From Acidimicrobiales bacterium (GTDB taxonomy: Bacteria > Actinomycetota > Acidimicrobiia > Acidimicrobiales > CATQHL01): 64,000 nt of DNA. Made by a program: the position numbers and the translations under genes. The stretch's first letter is position 1; every line of letters starts with the position of its first letter. The notes under the pieces are model-generated. The model made no database searches. It saw only the letters and a list, made by a program, of their open reading frames with translations, and was not told where the DNA came from. The stretch spans positions 1,539,719 through 1,603,718 of the forward strand of contig CBDCPC010000001.1 in the NCBI GenBank assembly GCA_965220035.1, written 5' to 3'. Positions 24,896 to 34,257 of the stretch are shown here, one piece after another.

Positions 24896-27262
24896 GTGAC
24901 CTGGGTCGGTCGCTCCATCAGGCGGGTCGAGGACCCGACCCTTCTGCAGGGTGCCGGCATGTTCGTCGGCGACATCGCCGGCGCGGCGGCGGTCCGGTTC
25001 GTGCGCAGCCCGGTTGCGTGCGGGCTCATCCGCGCGGTGCGCGGCCCGGCGTACACGATCGATGACCTCGACGCCGACGGGGTCGGTCACATCGAGGCCG
25101 TCCTGCACCGCCCCGACTACGTGAGGCTGGCCCAGCCGTTGCTCGCCCGCGAGCGAGTGCGGTACGTGGGCGAGCCGGTGGCGGTGGTTGTGGCCGGCAC
25201 CGCGGCCGAGGCCGAGGATCTGGCCGAACAGGTGGAACTGGACATCGAGCCACTACCGGCGGCGGTGAGTCTCGACGATGCCCTCGCCGCCGGGGCACCC
25301 CTGGTGCACCCCGAAGAGGCGGAGTCCAACGTGATGCTGGCCGGCGAGATGGCCACGCCCGGTCTCGCGGCGGCTCTCGAATCGGCCCACACCGTCGTCG
25401 AGATGGAGATCATCTCCGGGCGCCAGGCCGCCCTCCCGCTCGAGGCGCGTGGCTCGCACGCCGTCACCGAGCGCTACAGCGGCCGCACGACCCTGCACGC
25501 CTCGATCCAGGCGCCGCACATGGTGCGCACTGTCATCTGCGACCTGCTGGGCATGCCGGAGGCGGACCTGCGGGTGGTGGCACCGGACGTCGGTGGAGGC
25601 TTCGGCCAGAAACTGCCGCTGGCCCGCGAGGACGCCGTCGTGGTCTGGTTGGCGCGACGCCTCGGGCGTCCTGTGGCCTGGATCGAGGACCGCAGCGAGA
25701 ACCTGATGGCGTCCTGGCACAGCCGTGAGCAGCGCTACCGGCTGCGGGCCGGCTTCGACGCCGACGCTCGGCTGCACTCGCTCCAAGCGGAGGTGGCGGC
25801 GAACGTCGGGGCATGGCCGTGCTACCCGATCACCTGGGGGGTCGAGCCCCTCATGGCGCTGGCCGAACTGCCCGGGCCCTACACGGTGGAGCACTACGGC
25901 GTGCGCTCGCGCGGCATCGCCACGCATACCTGCCCGATGGCCCCGTACCGCGGCGTGTCCCGGCCGGCCATCACGCTGGCGCTGGAGCGGCTCATGGACA
26001 CCGCCGCGCCGCGTCTGGGGATCGACCCGGTGGAGATCCGGCGACGGAACCTGCAGAGCGAGTTCCCGCACACCTCTCCCACCGGACTCACACACGACGC
26101 CGGCTCCTATCGCGAGGCCATGGAGGTGGCGGTGCGCCACGTCGACCTTGCGTCATTCCGCAGCCGCCAGCGGGCGGGCCGCGCCGCGGGTGGGCCACAG
26201 TTGGGCCTGGGGATCTGCACGTTCTCCGAGCGGACGGGTTACGGCACACCGGCGTTCGCGGCGCGGGCGATGGGGGTCACGCCGGGCTACGAGAACGTGG
26301 AACTGGCCATGGATCCGTCGGGCTACGTGACGCTGCGCATCGGCGCCTCGCCCCACGGGCAGGGTCTCGCGACGGCGCTGTCTCAGATCGTGGCCGACGA
26401 ACTTGGCACCGACCCGAGCCGCGTGCGGGTCGTGGCGAGCGACACCGATCGCACGCCGTACGGCTGGGGATCCTTCGCCAGCCGCGCCATGGTGCTGGCG
26501 GGCGGAGCGACACAACTCGCGGCACAGAAGCTGGCCGCACAGCTGGGGGGGCTGGCCGGAGAGGTCCTCGAAGCCGCTGCCGGCGACGTGGTCCTGTCGG
26601 GTGGACGGGCCACCGTGGCCGGCACCTCGGTGGGTGTGGAGATTGCCGAACTGGCGCGCATCGCCCACCACCACACCCAACGGCTACCCGACGGGGCAGC
26701 TCCGGGCCTGTCGGTGCAGGCCGGCTACGACCCCGCCGGCACGTTCTCCAACGCCTGCCACGTGGCCGAGGTGGAGGTGGATCTCGACACCGGCGGCGTG
26801 TCGGTGCGGCGCTTCGTGGTTGTCGAGGATGCCGGACGGCTCATCAACCCGATGATCGTGGACGGGCAGATACGCGGCGGCGTGGCGCAGGGCATCGCCA
26901 ATGCGCTGCTGGAGGAGATCGTCTACGACGACGACGGCAACATCCTGACGACGTCGCTCATGGACTACCTGCCGCCGACGACCACCGAGATCCCCGACAT
27001 CGAGATCCTGCACCTCGAGACCCTCTCCGACGCCACCGTGACCGGCGCCAAGGGCGTGGGCGAGGGCGGGACGATCGGGGCTCCGGCGGCGGTACTGAAT
27101 GCCGTGAACGACGCGCTCATCCCCTTGGGTGTGGCGCTCAACGAGATGCCGGCCACCCCGGAGCGGGTTCGGTCTCTCGTCCGTGCCGCGGAGGCGGCCG
27201 GCCGTGCAGCGAACTCAATGGGCGGGTCCAACGGACCGATGCAGGAGGCGACAGGAGCATGA
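24896..27262 (+). CDS. Molybdenum hydroxylase molybdopterin-binding large subunit (CoxL/XdhA-like), copy 2
   Basis: GTG at 24896, with GGGAG 8 nt upstream. It has ..SIRRVEDPTLLQGAGMFVGD.. and ..GGGFGQK... The stop overlaps the next start (ATGA). Confidence 0.88.
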   Translation: MTWVGRSIRRVEDPTLLQGAGMFVGDIAGAAAVRFVRSPVACGLIRAVRGPAYTIDDLDADGVGHIEAVLHRPDYVRLAQPLLARERVRYVGEPVAVVVAGTAAEAEDLAEQVELDIEPLPAAVSLDDALAAGAPLVHPEEAESNVMLAGEMATPGLAAALESAHTVVEMEIISGRQAALPLEARGSHAVTERYSGRTTLHASIQAPHMVRTVICDLLGMPEADLRVVAPDVGGGFGQKLPLAREDAVVVWLARRLGRPVAWIEDRSENLMASWHSREQRYRLRAGFDADARLHSLQAEVAANVGAWPCYPITWGVEPLMALAELPGPYTVEHYGVRSRGIATHTCPMAPYRGVSRPAITLALERLMDTAAPRLGIDPVEIRRRNLQSEFPHTSPTGLTHDAGSYREAMEVAVRHVDLASFRSRQRAGRAAGGPQLGLGICTFSERTGYGTPAFAARAMGVTPGYENVELAMDPSGYVTLRIGASPHGQGLATALSQIVADELGTDPSRVRVVASDTDRTPYGWGSFASRAMVLAGGATQLAAQKLAAQLGGLAGEVLEAAAGDVVLSGGRATVAGTSVGVEIAELARIAHHHTQRLPDGAAPGLSVQAGYDPAGTFSNACHVAEVEVDLDTGGVSVRRFVVVEDAGRLINPMIVDGQIRGGVAQGIANALLEEIVYDDDGNILTTSLMDYLPPTTTEIPDIEILHLETLSDATVTGAKGVGEGGTIGAPAAVLNAVNDALIPLGVALNEMPATPERVRSLVRAAEAAGRAANSMGGSNGPMQEATGA

Positions 27263-27756
27263 CCGAGATTTCCGACGCCGCGATCGCAGTGCCAGTCGTG
27301 CTGCGGGTGAACGGGGCCGAGTACCGGATCGCCACCGAGCCGCGCCGCACGCTTGCCGACGCGCTACGCGAGGAGTGCGGGCTGACCGGAACCCACCTGG
27401 GTTGCGAGCACGGCGTGTGCGGGGCGTGCACCGTTCTTGTCGACGGTGAGCCGGTGCGGTCGTGCCTGATGTTCGCGGTTCAGGCGCAGGACGCCGAGAT
27501 CCGCACCGTGGAGGGGCTCGCCGACGCCGACGGCACGTTGCACCCCCTGCAGGAGGCGTTCTGGCGTCATCACGGCCTGCAGTGCGGCTTCTGCACGCCG
27601 GGGTTCCTGATGCTCAGCGCGGGCGTGCTCGAGACCCGGCCGGATATCGGTGATGACGAACTGCGCGAGGCGCTCTCGTCGAACCTCTGCCGCTGTACCG
27701 GCTACCAGACCATCGTCGAGGCGGTGCAGTCGGTGCGTGACGCCGGCGAGGCCTGA
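27259..27756 (+). CDS. Molybdenum hydroxylase [2Fe-2S] small subunit (CoxS-like)
   Basis: A 165-aa ORF with both cluster motifs: CEHGVCGACTV and CGFCTPG...CRCTGY. Confidence 0.92.
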   Translation: MTEISDAAIAVPVVLRVNGAEYRIATEPRRTLADALREECGLTGTHLGCEHGVCGACTVLVDGEPVRSCLMFAVQAQDAEIRTVEGLADADGTLHPLQEAFWRHHGLQCGFCTPGFLMLSAGVLETRPDIGDDELREALSSNLCRCTGYQTIVEAVQSVRDAGEA

Positions 27757-27782
27757 ATGGGGGGGCCGACCGATCCCATCCC

Positions 27783-27809
27783 GTCGTTCCGGCGGAGGCC
27801 GGAACCCAT
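27783..27809 (-). repeat. REP-like palindromic element, copy B (inverted orientation)
   Basis: The reverse complement reads ATGGGTTCCGGCCTCCGCCGGAACGAC. It lies in the intergenic gap between the coxS-like and second coxL-like genes. Confidence 0.75.
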
Positions 27810-27848
27810 TCGGCAGGTGTCCGACCGGCGAATGCGGCGGATGACTCG

Positions 27849-29963
27849 GTGCACTCTCGGGACCGAGCGGTGATCGGCGAGTCGGTCCTGCGCCTCGAGG
27901 ACCGCCCCCTGCTGGTCGGCGAGGGCCGCTTCCTCGCCGATATCAGCTTCGACGGTGAGGTACATCTGCGGGTGGTTCGCTCCGACGTTGCGCATGGTGT
28001 GCTGCACGGCGTGGACCTGAGCGACGTCCTGGCAGCCGAGGGCGTCGTGACGGCCTGGAGCGCCGCGGAAGTTGCGCACATCCCGCCGATCGAGTTCCGG
28101 ATGACCGGCGTGGACGTCTTGCGGCCCTACTGCCAGCGGGTCCTCGCCCGCGACCGGGTGCGCTACGTGGGCGATCCCGTGGCCGTCGTGATCGCGGAGG
28201 ACCCGTACCTGGCCGAGGACGCCGCCGAGCTGGCCTTCGCGGACATCGAGCCCCTGGACCCGGTTCTGGAGTCGTGGGCGCCCGAGGCCCTCGCCCCCTT
28301 GACGCTGGAGAACGGCTACGGCGATGTGGACGCGGCTTTCGCGGACGCCCACCGGGTCGTGGAGGTGCGGGCGGCAGTGGGGCGCCACAGCGGGATCCCG
28401 CTGGAGACACGCGGGCTGCTGGCGCGCCCGGTTGCCTCCGGCGGCGTGGAGCTGTACGGCATCGCCAAGGTGCCGCACTACAACTGCGCCACGATCGCCG
28501 ACATGCTGAGTCTGGCGCCCGGGCAGGTCGTCGGCCGGGAGGGGCACGTGGGCGGCGGGTTCGGGATCCGCGGCGAGCTGTATCCCGAGGATCTGCTCGT
28601 GACGTATGCCGCGCTGAAGCTGGATCGACCCGTGAAATGGGTGGAGGACCGCAGGGAGCACCTGCTGGCGGCCAACCACTCACGCGAGCAGACCTACCAC
28701 GTGCGGGCCGCCGTGGACTCCCGCGGCGTGGTGCAGGCTCTCGACGCCGAGTTCTTCCACGACCAGGGGGGCTACGTCCGCACGCACGGGGCCACCGTGC
28801 CGAACCTGTCGGTGGCGCTGCTGCCGGGTCCCTACGTCGTCCCCGCCTACCGGGTGCGCGGCCACATCCGTCTCACCAACAAGACCCCTGCGGGCACCTA
28901 CCGCGCGCCGGGCCGGTTCGAGAGCACGTTCGTGCGCGAGCGGCTGATGGACGCGGTCGCCAACTCCTTCGACCTGGATCCCGCCGAGGTGCGCCGCCGC
29001 AACCTGATCCCGCCCGATGCCATGCCGTTCGACCGACGGGTCAGCACCCTCGGCACGCACGTCGTCTACGACTCCGGCGACTACCGGAGGCTGCTGGACC
29101 GGATGCTCGACCACGTCGACTACGAGTCGCTGCGGGAGTCGTTGGCGCGGCGTCGTGGCGCCGGGGAAATGGTGGGACTGGGCATCGGCATGTTCGTCGA
29201 GAAGTCCGGCCTGGGGCCGTTCGACGACGTGCGCGTGCGGTGGCTCGACGACGGGGGAGTGGAAGTCGTGACGGGCGCTGCCTCGGTGGGCCAGGGCATG
29301 GAGACCGTCATCGCCCAGATCTGTGCCGAGGTGCTGGACGTGGACTACGGCGACGTGACGGTTCGCCACGGGCAGACCGACATGATCGGCCGCGGCATGG
29401 GCGCCTTCGCCAGCCGGGTCACGGTCATGACCGGTGTGGCCGTGTATCTCGCCGCCACAGAACTGGCTGCGACGGGTGAGCCTGTCGAGGCCACGTTCAA
29501 CGCCGACCACATGACCTACCCGTACGGCGCCCACGCCGCGGTCGTGCGCGTCGACGGGGGCACCGGCGGGGTGACCGTCGAGCGCTACGTGGTGGCCTAC
29601 GACGTCGGCCGAGCGGTCAACCCCATGCTGTGCGAGGGCCAGATCGTCGGCGGGGTCGCTCAGGGTGTCGGCGGCGCGCTGCTCGAACTCTTCAGCTACG
29701 ACGCCGACGGCCAGCCCCTGGCAACCTCGTTCATGGATTACCTGATGCCCACGCTTGCCGAGCAGCCCCCCGTGGAGGTGCTGTTGAGCGAGGACGCCCC
29801 CAGCCCCCTGAACCCGCTGGGTCTCAAGGGGGCCGGAGAGGGTGGCACGAACGCCTGCGGGGCGGCCATCGCCGCGGCCATCGACGATGCCATCGGCCGA
29901 CCTGGTGCGGTCACGATGCTGCCCGCCACGCCGGAGTTGGTCCGCTCGCTCATCAGGGACTGA
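27849..29963 (+). CDS. Molybdenum hydroxylase molybdopterin-binding large subunit (CoxL-like), copy 3
   Basis: A 704-aa ORF with ..ESVLRLEDRPLLVGEGRFLAD.. and ..GGGFGIRG... The start could also be GTG 27870. Confidence 0.88.
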   Translation: MHSRDRAVIGESVLRLEDRPLLVGEGRFLADISFDGEVHLRVVRSDVAHGVLHGVDLSDVLAAEGVVTAWSAAEVAHIPPIEFRMTGVDVLRPYCQRVLARDRVRYVGDPVAVVIAEDPYLAEDAAELAFADIEPLDPVLESWAPEALAPLTLENGYGDVDAAFADAHRVVEVRAAVGRHSGIPLETRGLLARPVASGGVELYGIAKVPHYNCATIADMLSLAPGQVVGREGHVGGGFGIRGELYPEDLLVTYAALKLDRPVKWVEDRREHLLAANHSREQTYHVRAAVDSRGVVQALDAEFFHDQGGYVRTHGATVPNLSVALLPGPYVVPAYRVRGHIRLTNKTPAGTYRAPGRFESTFVRERLMDAVANSFDLDPAEVRRRNLIPPDAMPFDRRVSTLGTHVVYDSGDYRRLLDRMLDHVDYESLRESLARRRGAGEMVGLGIGMFVEKSGLGPFDDVRVRWLDDGGVEVVTGAASVGQGMETVIAQICAEVLDVDYGDVTVRHGQTDMIGRGMGAFASRVTVMTGVAVYLAATELAATGEPVEATFNADHMTYPYGAHAAVVRVDGGTGGVTVERYVVAYDVGRAVNPMLCEGQIVGGVAQGVGGALLELFSYDADGQPLATSFMDYLMPTLAEQPPVEVLLSEDAPSPLNPLGLKGAGEGGTNACGAAIAAAIDDAIGRPGAVTMLPATPELVRSLIRD

Positions 29964-30004
29964 CGGCGAGCGGATCCCCGCGCGCCGAATGGGCGGTAGC
30001 CGCC

Positions 30005-31030
30005 TCAGGGTGTGACGGCGGCGAGAGTCCAGTCGAGCACGTCAGCCGGTCCGTCGTCGCGGTGGGCGGTCGCCCGGACGCGTACGGCCCGCAGCCGTCC
30101 CTGGCCGGCCGGGATCTCGCCGAGCAGGGTGTGCGAGAACGACAGCAGGTCAGCCTCGAAGACGGGGCCGGTGTGGGAGCAGTACCCCCACGCCACGACG
30201 GTGGCCATGCCGTGCAGCACGCGGCTGAGCGAGGCCTGCGCCATGCCGGCCACCTGCAGGCCGTTCACCAGGCGCCGTCCGTAGGGCGAGATCTCGGCGT
30301 CGCGGTGGGCGAAGGCCAGGTTGTGGGTCAGGTGCAGCAGGGCCGGCGTGTTGTCGATGTAGTCCCGTAGCGGGTCGGCGACGGCTGTTCCGACCTCCCA
30401 GGTGTCGGGTTGGCCGAGCAGCGGCAGCCGCCAGTCGCCTGGCACCAGCTCGGCGCTGGCGTGCAGGTCGATGCCGCCGGTCGGGTGGTCACTGCCGGCG
30501 CCGCTGCCGATGTCGTCGTCGAAGCCGGGCAGGTCGGCTCCCGTGGCGGGCAGGAGGGGGCAACGCTGGTACGTGGCTACCACCACGCCGTCGGCCGTGC
30601 TCTCGCAGGCCACGAGCACCATGCCCCGCGGCTCGCGGTCGGGGCGGCGGCGCCCGTCGCGCATGGCCACCACTCGCACGGACGTGTCCAGCGTCTGACC
30701 CTGAAACACCGGGCGCAGCAGGCGCACGTCCCGATAGAAGAGGTTGGCGATCACACGCCGGCTGACGGTGGTCGTATGGCCGACCGACAGGGCCATGAGC
30801 AGCCCGGGGCTGACGAGCGGCAGGTCGGAGCCGGTCACCTCGGCGCACAAGTGCCGGTTCTGGACGAGCGGCAGCCGCTCACCGACGAGGGCCTGGTAGA
30901 TGGCGCAGATGCCGCTGTCGATGGTCACGCCCGGCTGCCGGGGCAGCTCCTCGCCAGGACTCAGCAGGTCGTAGTAGGGCCCGTCGAGGGGGATGTGCCC
31001 CGGCGCAGGCGCGGCGGTGCCCGCGTTCAT
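30005..31030 (-). CDS. MaoC-like (double hot-dog fold) dehydratase/hydratase
   Basis: ATG at 31030, 341 aa. It divides into two hot-dog-sized halves. The assignment rests on overall resemblance only. The upstream part of track ORF 30005..31330 is Arg/Pro-rich shadow. Confidence 0.6.
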   Translation of the reverse strand: MNAGTAAPAPGHIPLDGPYYDLLSPGEELPRQPGVTIDSGICAIYQALVGERLPLVQNRHLCAEVTGSDLPLVSPGLLMALSVGHTTTVSRRVIANLFYRDVRLLRPVFQGQTLDTSVRVVAMRDGRRRPDREPRGMVLVACESTADGVVVATYQRCPLLPATGADLPGFDDDIGSGAGSDHPTGGIDLHASAELVPGDWRLPLLGQPDTWEVGTAVADPLRDYIDNTPALLHLTHNLAFAHRDAEISPYGRRLVNGLQVAGMAQASLSRVLHGMATVVAWGYCSHTGPVFEADLLSFSHTLLGEIPAGQGRLRAVRVRATAHRDDGPADVLDWTLAAVTP

Positions 31031-31109
31031 GGCTGTCGCTCTCGCGCCGCGGATCTCTCGATCGAGAGCGGGCTTCGGTTGCGAGTCGCCGGCCCGGCGG
31101 CGTGGTCGC

Positions 31110-33485
31110 TCATGGAGATGCGCGTGATCCGGCGAATCGGTTGAGGCGCAGCGAGTTGCCCAGCACGAACAGCGACGATAGCCCCATGGCCGCGGCGGCG
31201 ATCTCGGGTCGCAGCAGGCCGGCCGCGGCCAGAGGAATGGCCGCTGTGTTGTAGGCGAACGCCCAGAAGAGGTTGCCCCGGATGGTTCCGAGCGTGCAGC
31301 GGGCGAGATCGAGCGCGTCAACGGCGACACGCAGGTCGGTGCCGACGAGGGTCAGATCCGATGCCTCGGCCGCCACGTCGGCACCGGTTCCGATGGCCAC
31401 CCCCACGTCGGCCGCGGCGAGGGCGGGCGCATCGTTCACGCCGTCGCCCACCATGGCGACACGCCGTCCCGCGACCTGCAGGCGCTCGATCTCGGCGGCC
31501 TTGTCTGCCGGCGCCAACTCGGCGAGCACGCGGTCGGCGTCCACCTGCCGGCCGACCTGCTCCGCTGCGGCCCTGTTGTCCCCGCTCAGCAACACGACTT
31601 CGAGACCGGCGCGCTTCCAGGCGGCCACGGCGGCGGCGCTGGTTGGCTTCACATGGTCGGCGAGCGCAAGGAAGCCTTCGGCGATCCGGCCGGTGCCCAC
31701 GAACACGAGCGTGCAGCCTGCGGCGCTGTGGCGCCGGGCGGCGGACTCCAGGTGGGCCGGCAGGCCGTCGAACAGTTCGCGCCGCCCGACGGTGACGGCG
31801 ATCCCGCCGAGGTGGTCGCTGCCGTGCTCGGGAGCGACCCCTGTGGGCGCTTCGTCCCCGACGGCGAGGGGGTGCACCGGGTGCAGCCGGCCCTGCACGC
31901 CGAATCCGGGGAGGTTGCGGAAGTCCGCCACGGAAAATGCCGTGCCGGAGCGACCCGGAGAGGTCGTGGCTCCGGGGGCGGCTTTGGATGCCGGGTTGCC
32001 AGGCACACCGGCGCGCCCCGCGCTCGTGACCGTCCCGCCCGCCGCCTCACCGGGTTGTCCGGAGGCGCGCGCCGCGCGGACGATTGCAGCAGCCACGGGG
32101 TGCTCCGATCGAGCCTCGAGGGTCGCGGCCATCGCCAGTAACTCGCCGGCGTCTGTATCGGCCACGGTCTCGGTCGCCAGCACCTCCAAGTGCCCTTCGG
32201 TCACCGTGCCCGTCTTGTCGAGCGCGATCACGTCGAGGCGCCGCGCCGCCTCCAGAGCGTCGGGACCTCGGATGATGACGCCCATGCGGGCTCCGCGGCC
32301 GCTTCCGGCCAGGAAGGCTGCGGGCGTGGCCAGGCCCAGTGCGCACGGGCAGGCCACGATCAGGACCGCGACGGCCGGGCTGATCGCCTCGGCTGCCGGC
32401 CCCACGAGCAGCCACACCACGAGCGTGACGAGCGCGACGACGACCACGGCCGGCACGAAGACCGCCGAGATCCGGTCGGCAAGGCGCTGGATCGGAGCCT
32501 TGCGGGACAGCGCCTCGGTCACCAACCGCACGACTTGGGCCAGCGTGCCGTCGGCGCCCACCCGGCGGGCCTCCACGAGGAGCGACCCGTGCGTATTGAG
32601 CGTTCCGCCTGTCACCTCGTCACCCGGTCCGACTTCGAGAGGCACGGGCTCCCCCGTCACGATCGAGGTGTCCACGGAGGAGTGCCCGTCCATCACCACG
32701 CCGTCGGCGGCGATCCTCTCGCCGGGCCGGACGAGGAACCGCATCCCGACAGCCAATTGCGACGGCGGAACGGAACTCCCGTCCGGAAGCTGCACATTGC
32801 CGGCGCTCAGCCTGACCAGAGCTCCCAAGGCGTCGCCGGCCCGCCGCCGCGCACGCGCCTCGAGGTGGCGTCCGAGCAGGACGACCGCCACGATCACCGC
32901 GGCGGTGTCGAAGTACACGTGCCCGTCGAGGTCACCGACGGTGATGACCGCCGACCATCCCCAGGCGACCAGCGATCCGAGCGATACGAGGGTGTCCATG
33001 GTGGCGTGCCGCTGCCGTACGGCCCGCCAGCCGGGCCGATGGAACGCCACCCCGCTGATGAGGACCACGGGCATGCTGAGCCCCAGCGCGAGCCACTGCC
33101 AGCCGGCGAACCGCAACGCCTCGATCGACGAGACCAGCATCGAGGCCGCGGCCAGGGCGAGAGTCCCCAGCAGTGCCGGTCCGCTCGTCCAGCAGGGCTC
33201 CTCGCCTTCGAGATGCAGGTGCCCCGGGGCGGCCTTGTAGCCGAGGTGCTCGATGCAAGCCAGCACCTCGCATTCGCCCAGCAGCCGCGGGTCGTACGAG
33301 ACACTGGCGCGGCCGGCCGCGAAGTTGACGTGCGCCGCGGACACGCCGGCGGTTGCGTGCAGGGCGCTCTCGATGCTGGTCGCGCAGGCCGCGCAGTGCA
33401 TGCCGTTGACGGTCAGATCGACGCGAGCTTGCTGCTCCGGGGCTTCCGGGTGTTCGTGCCCGTCCGGGAGTGCTGTTCGTGCCAG
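31110..33485 (-). CDS. copA: Heavy-metal (Cu+-type) translocating P1B-type ATPase
   Basis: It has the HMA motif GMHCAAC, TGE, the transmembrane CPC, DKTGT and GDGVNDAP. The start is uncertain. The beta1 strand VDLTVNG lies upstream of the first in-frame ATG (33401). A CTG at 33485 sits 7 nt after GGGAGG. The next upstream ATG (33593) would overlap the divergent plsC start. Confidence 0.88.
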   Translation of the reverse strand: MARTALPDGHEHPEAPEQQARVDLTVNGMHCAACATSIESALHATAGVSAAHVNFAAGRASVSYDPRLLGECEVLACIEHLGYKAAPGHLHLEGEEPCWTSGPALLGTLALAAASMLVSSIEALRFAGWQWLALGLSMPVVLISGVAFHRPGWRAVRQRHATMDTLVSLGSLVAWGWSAVITVGDLDGHVYFDTAAVIVAVVLLGRHLEARARRRAGDALGALVRLSAGNVQLPDGSSVPPSQLAVGMRFLVRPGERIAADGVVMDGHSSVDTSIVTGEPVPLEVGPGDEVTGGTLNTHGSLLVEARRVGADGTLAQVVRLVTEALSRKAPIQRLADRISAVFVPAVVVVALVTLVVWLLVGPAAEAISPAVAVLIVACPCALGLATPAAFLAGSGRGARMGVIIRGPDALEAARRLDVIALDKTGTVTEGHLEVLATETVADTDAGELLAMAATLEARSEHPVAAAIVRAARASGQPGEAAGGTVTSAGRAGVPGNPASKAAPGATTSPGRSGTAFSVADFRNLPGFGVQGRLHPVHPLAVGDEAPTGVAPEHGSDHLGGIAVTVGRRELFDGLPAHLESAARRHSAAGCTLVFVGTGRIAEGFLALADHVKPTSAAAVAAWKRAGLEVVLLSGDNRAAAEQVGRQVDADRVLAELAPADKAAEIERLQVAGRRVAMVGDGVNDAPALAAADVGVAIGTGADVAAEASDLTLVGTDLRVAVDALDLARCTLGTIRGNLFWAFAYNTAAIPLAAAGLLRPEIAAAAMGLSSLFVLGNSLRLNRFAGSRASP

Positions 33486-33557
33486 TGCCTCACCTCCCGC
33501 TCGGCCACCAGCGTATTGGGTTCGGGACGGGCAGCGGAGGCCTCTACGATTCCGCCG

Positions 33558-34244
33558 ATGCAACCCACGAGCGGTCACCGGACCGGCCACCATCGCGGCT
33601 TCGGGTTCCTGGGGACGGCTGTCCGGCTGCCGGCGTCGCTGATGGCGCGCTGGGACATTCCCGAGGTGCTGCCGGTCCCGGCGCCTGCGATCTTCGCCGG
33701 CAACCACCGCAGCCTCTTCGACATCGTCGTGGGGTTCCGGCTGTTCTGGAACTACCGGGCGTCGATGCACATCGTGGTCGCCAAGCGCTACTTCGACCAC
33801 TGGCTCATGGGTCGGTTGCTGCGGGCGGGTGGCTGCATTCCGATGGAGCCCGGCAGGGCAGCCCTGGGCGGCGTCAAGGCCTGCCTCGAGGCGCTGGAGC
33901 GCGGCGAGTCGGTGGTCATCATGCCCGAGGGGCGCGTGATACCCCCTGAAGAGCGCCCGGAGGGTGTCGGGCCGCCGGGTGCGGGTATCGGCATTCTGGC
34001 GGCCCGCAGCGCCGCCCCGCTGGCTCTGTGCGCCATCACCGGCACCGACGAGGTGTGGCCCCTCGGTCGCCGGTTCCCGCGCCTGCGCCTGGGGCGCGCC
34101 CGCCCCACCGTGCGCGTGCTGGTGGAATCGCTCGCACCGCTGGAGCCGGACGTGCGCCGGGATCGCGAGCGCGTGGCGGCGGCGGTGATGGCGGCGCTGG
34201 CGGAACTCCTGAACCCGCCGGAGGGCTCGACGGCGCCGGAGTGA
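33558..34244 (+). CDS. plsC: 1-acyl-sn-glycerol-3-phosphate (lysophospholipid) acyltransferase family protein
   Basis: A 228-aa ORF with the acyltransferase motifs NHRSLFD (HX4D) and MPEGR. Confidence 0.8.
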   Translation: MQPTSGHRTGHHRGFGFLGTAVRLPASLMARWDIPEVLPVPAPAIFAGNHRSLFDIVVGFRLFWNYRASMHIVVAKRYFDHWLMGRLLRAGGCIPMEPGRAALGGVKACLEALERGESVVIMPEGRVIPPEERPEGVGPPGAGIGILAARSAAPLALCAITGTDEVWPLGRRFPRLRLGRARPTVRVLVESLAPLEPDVRRDRERVAAAVMAALAELLNPPEGSTAPE

Positions 34245-34257
34245 GCGGTGGGCGGCG

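Noticed and set aside
23959-29963. Naming the M-L-S-L genes as carbon monoxide dehydrogenase (coxMLS) or as xanthine dehydrogenase proper.
   Set aside because: Subunit families are clear, but substrate class cannot be read from the motifs I can recognise by eye. The genomic context (amidases, RidA, cupins, transporters) does not fit CO oxidation. I kept the generic family names.
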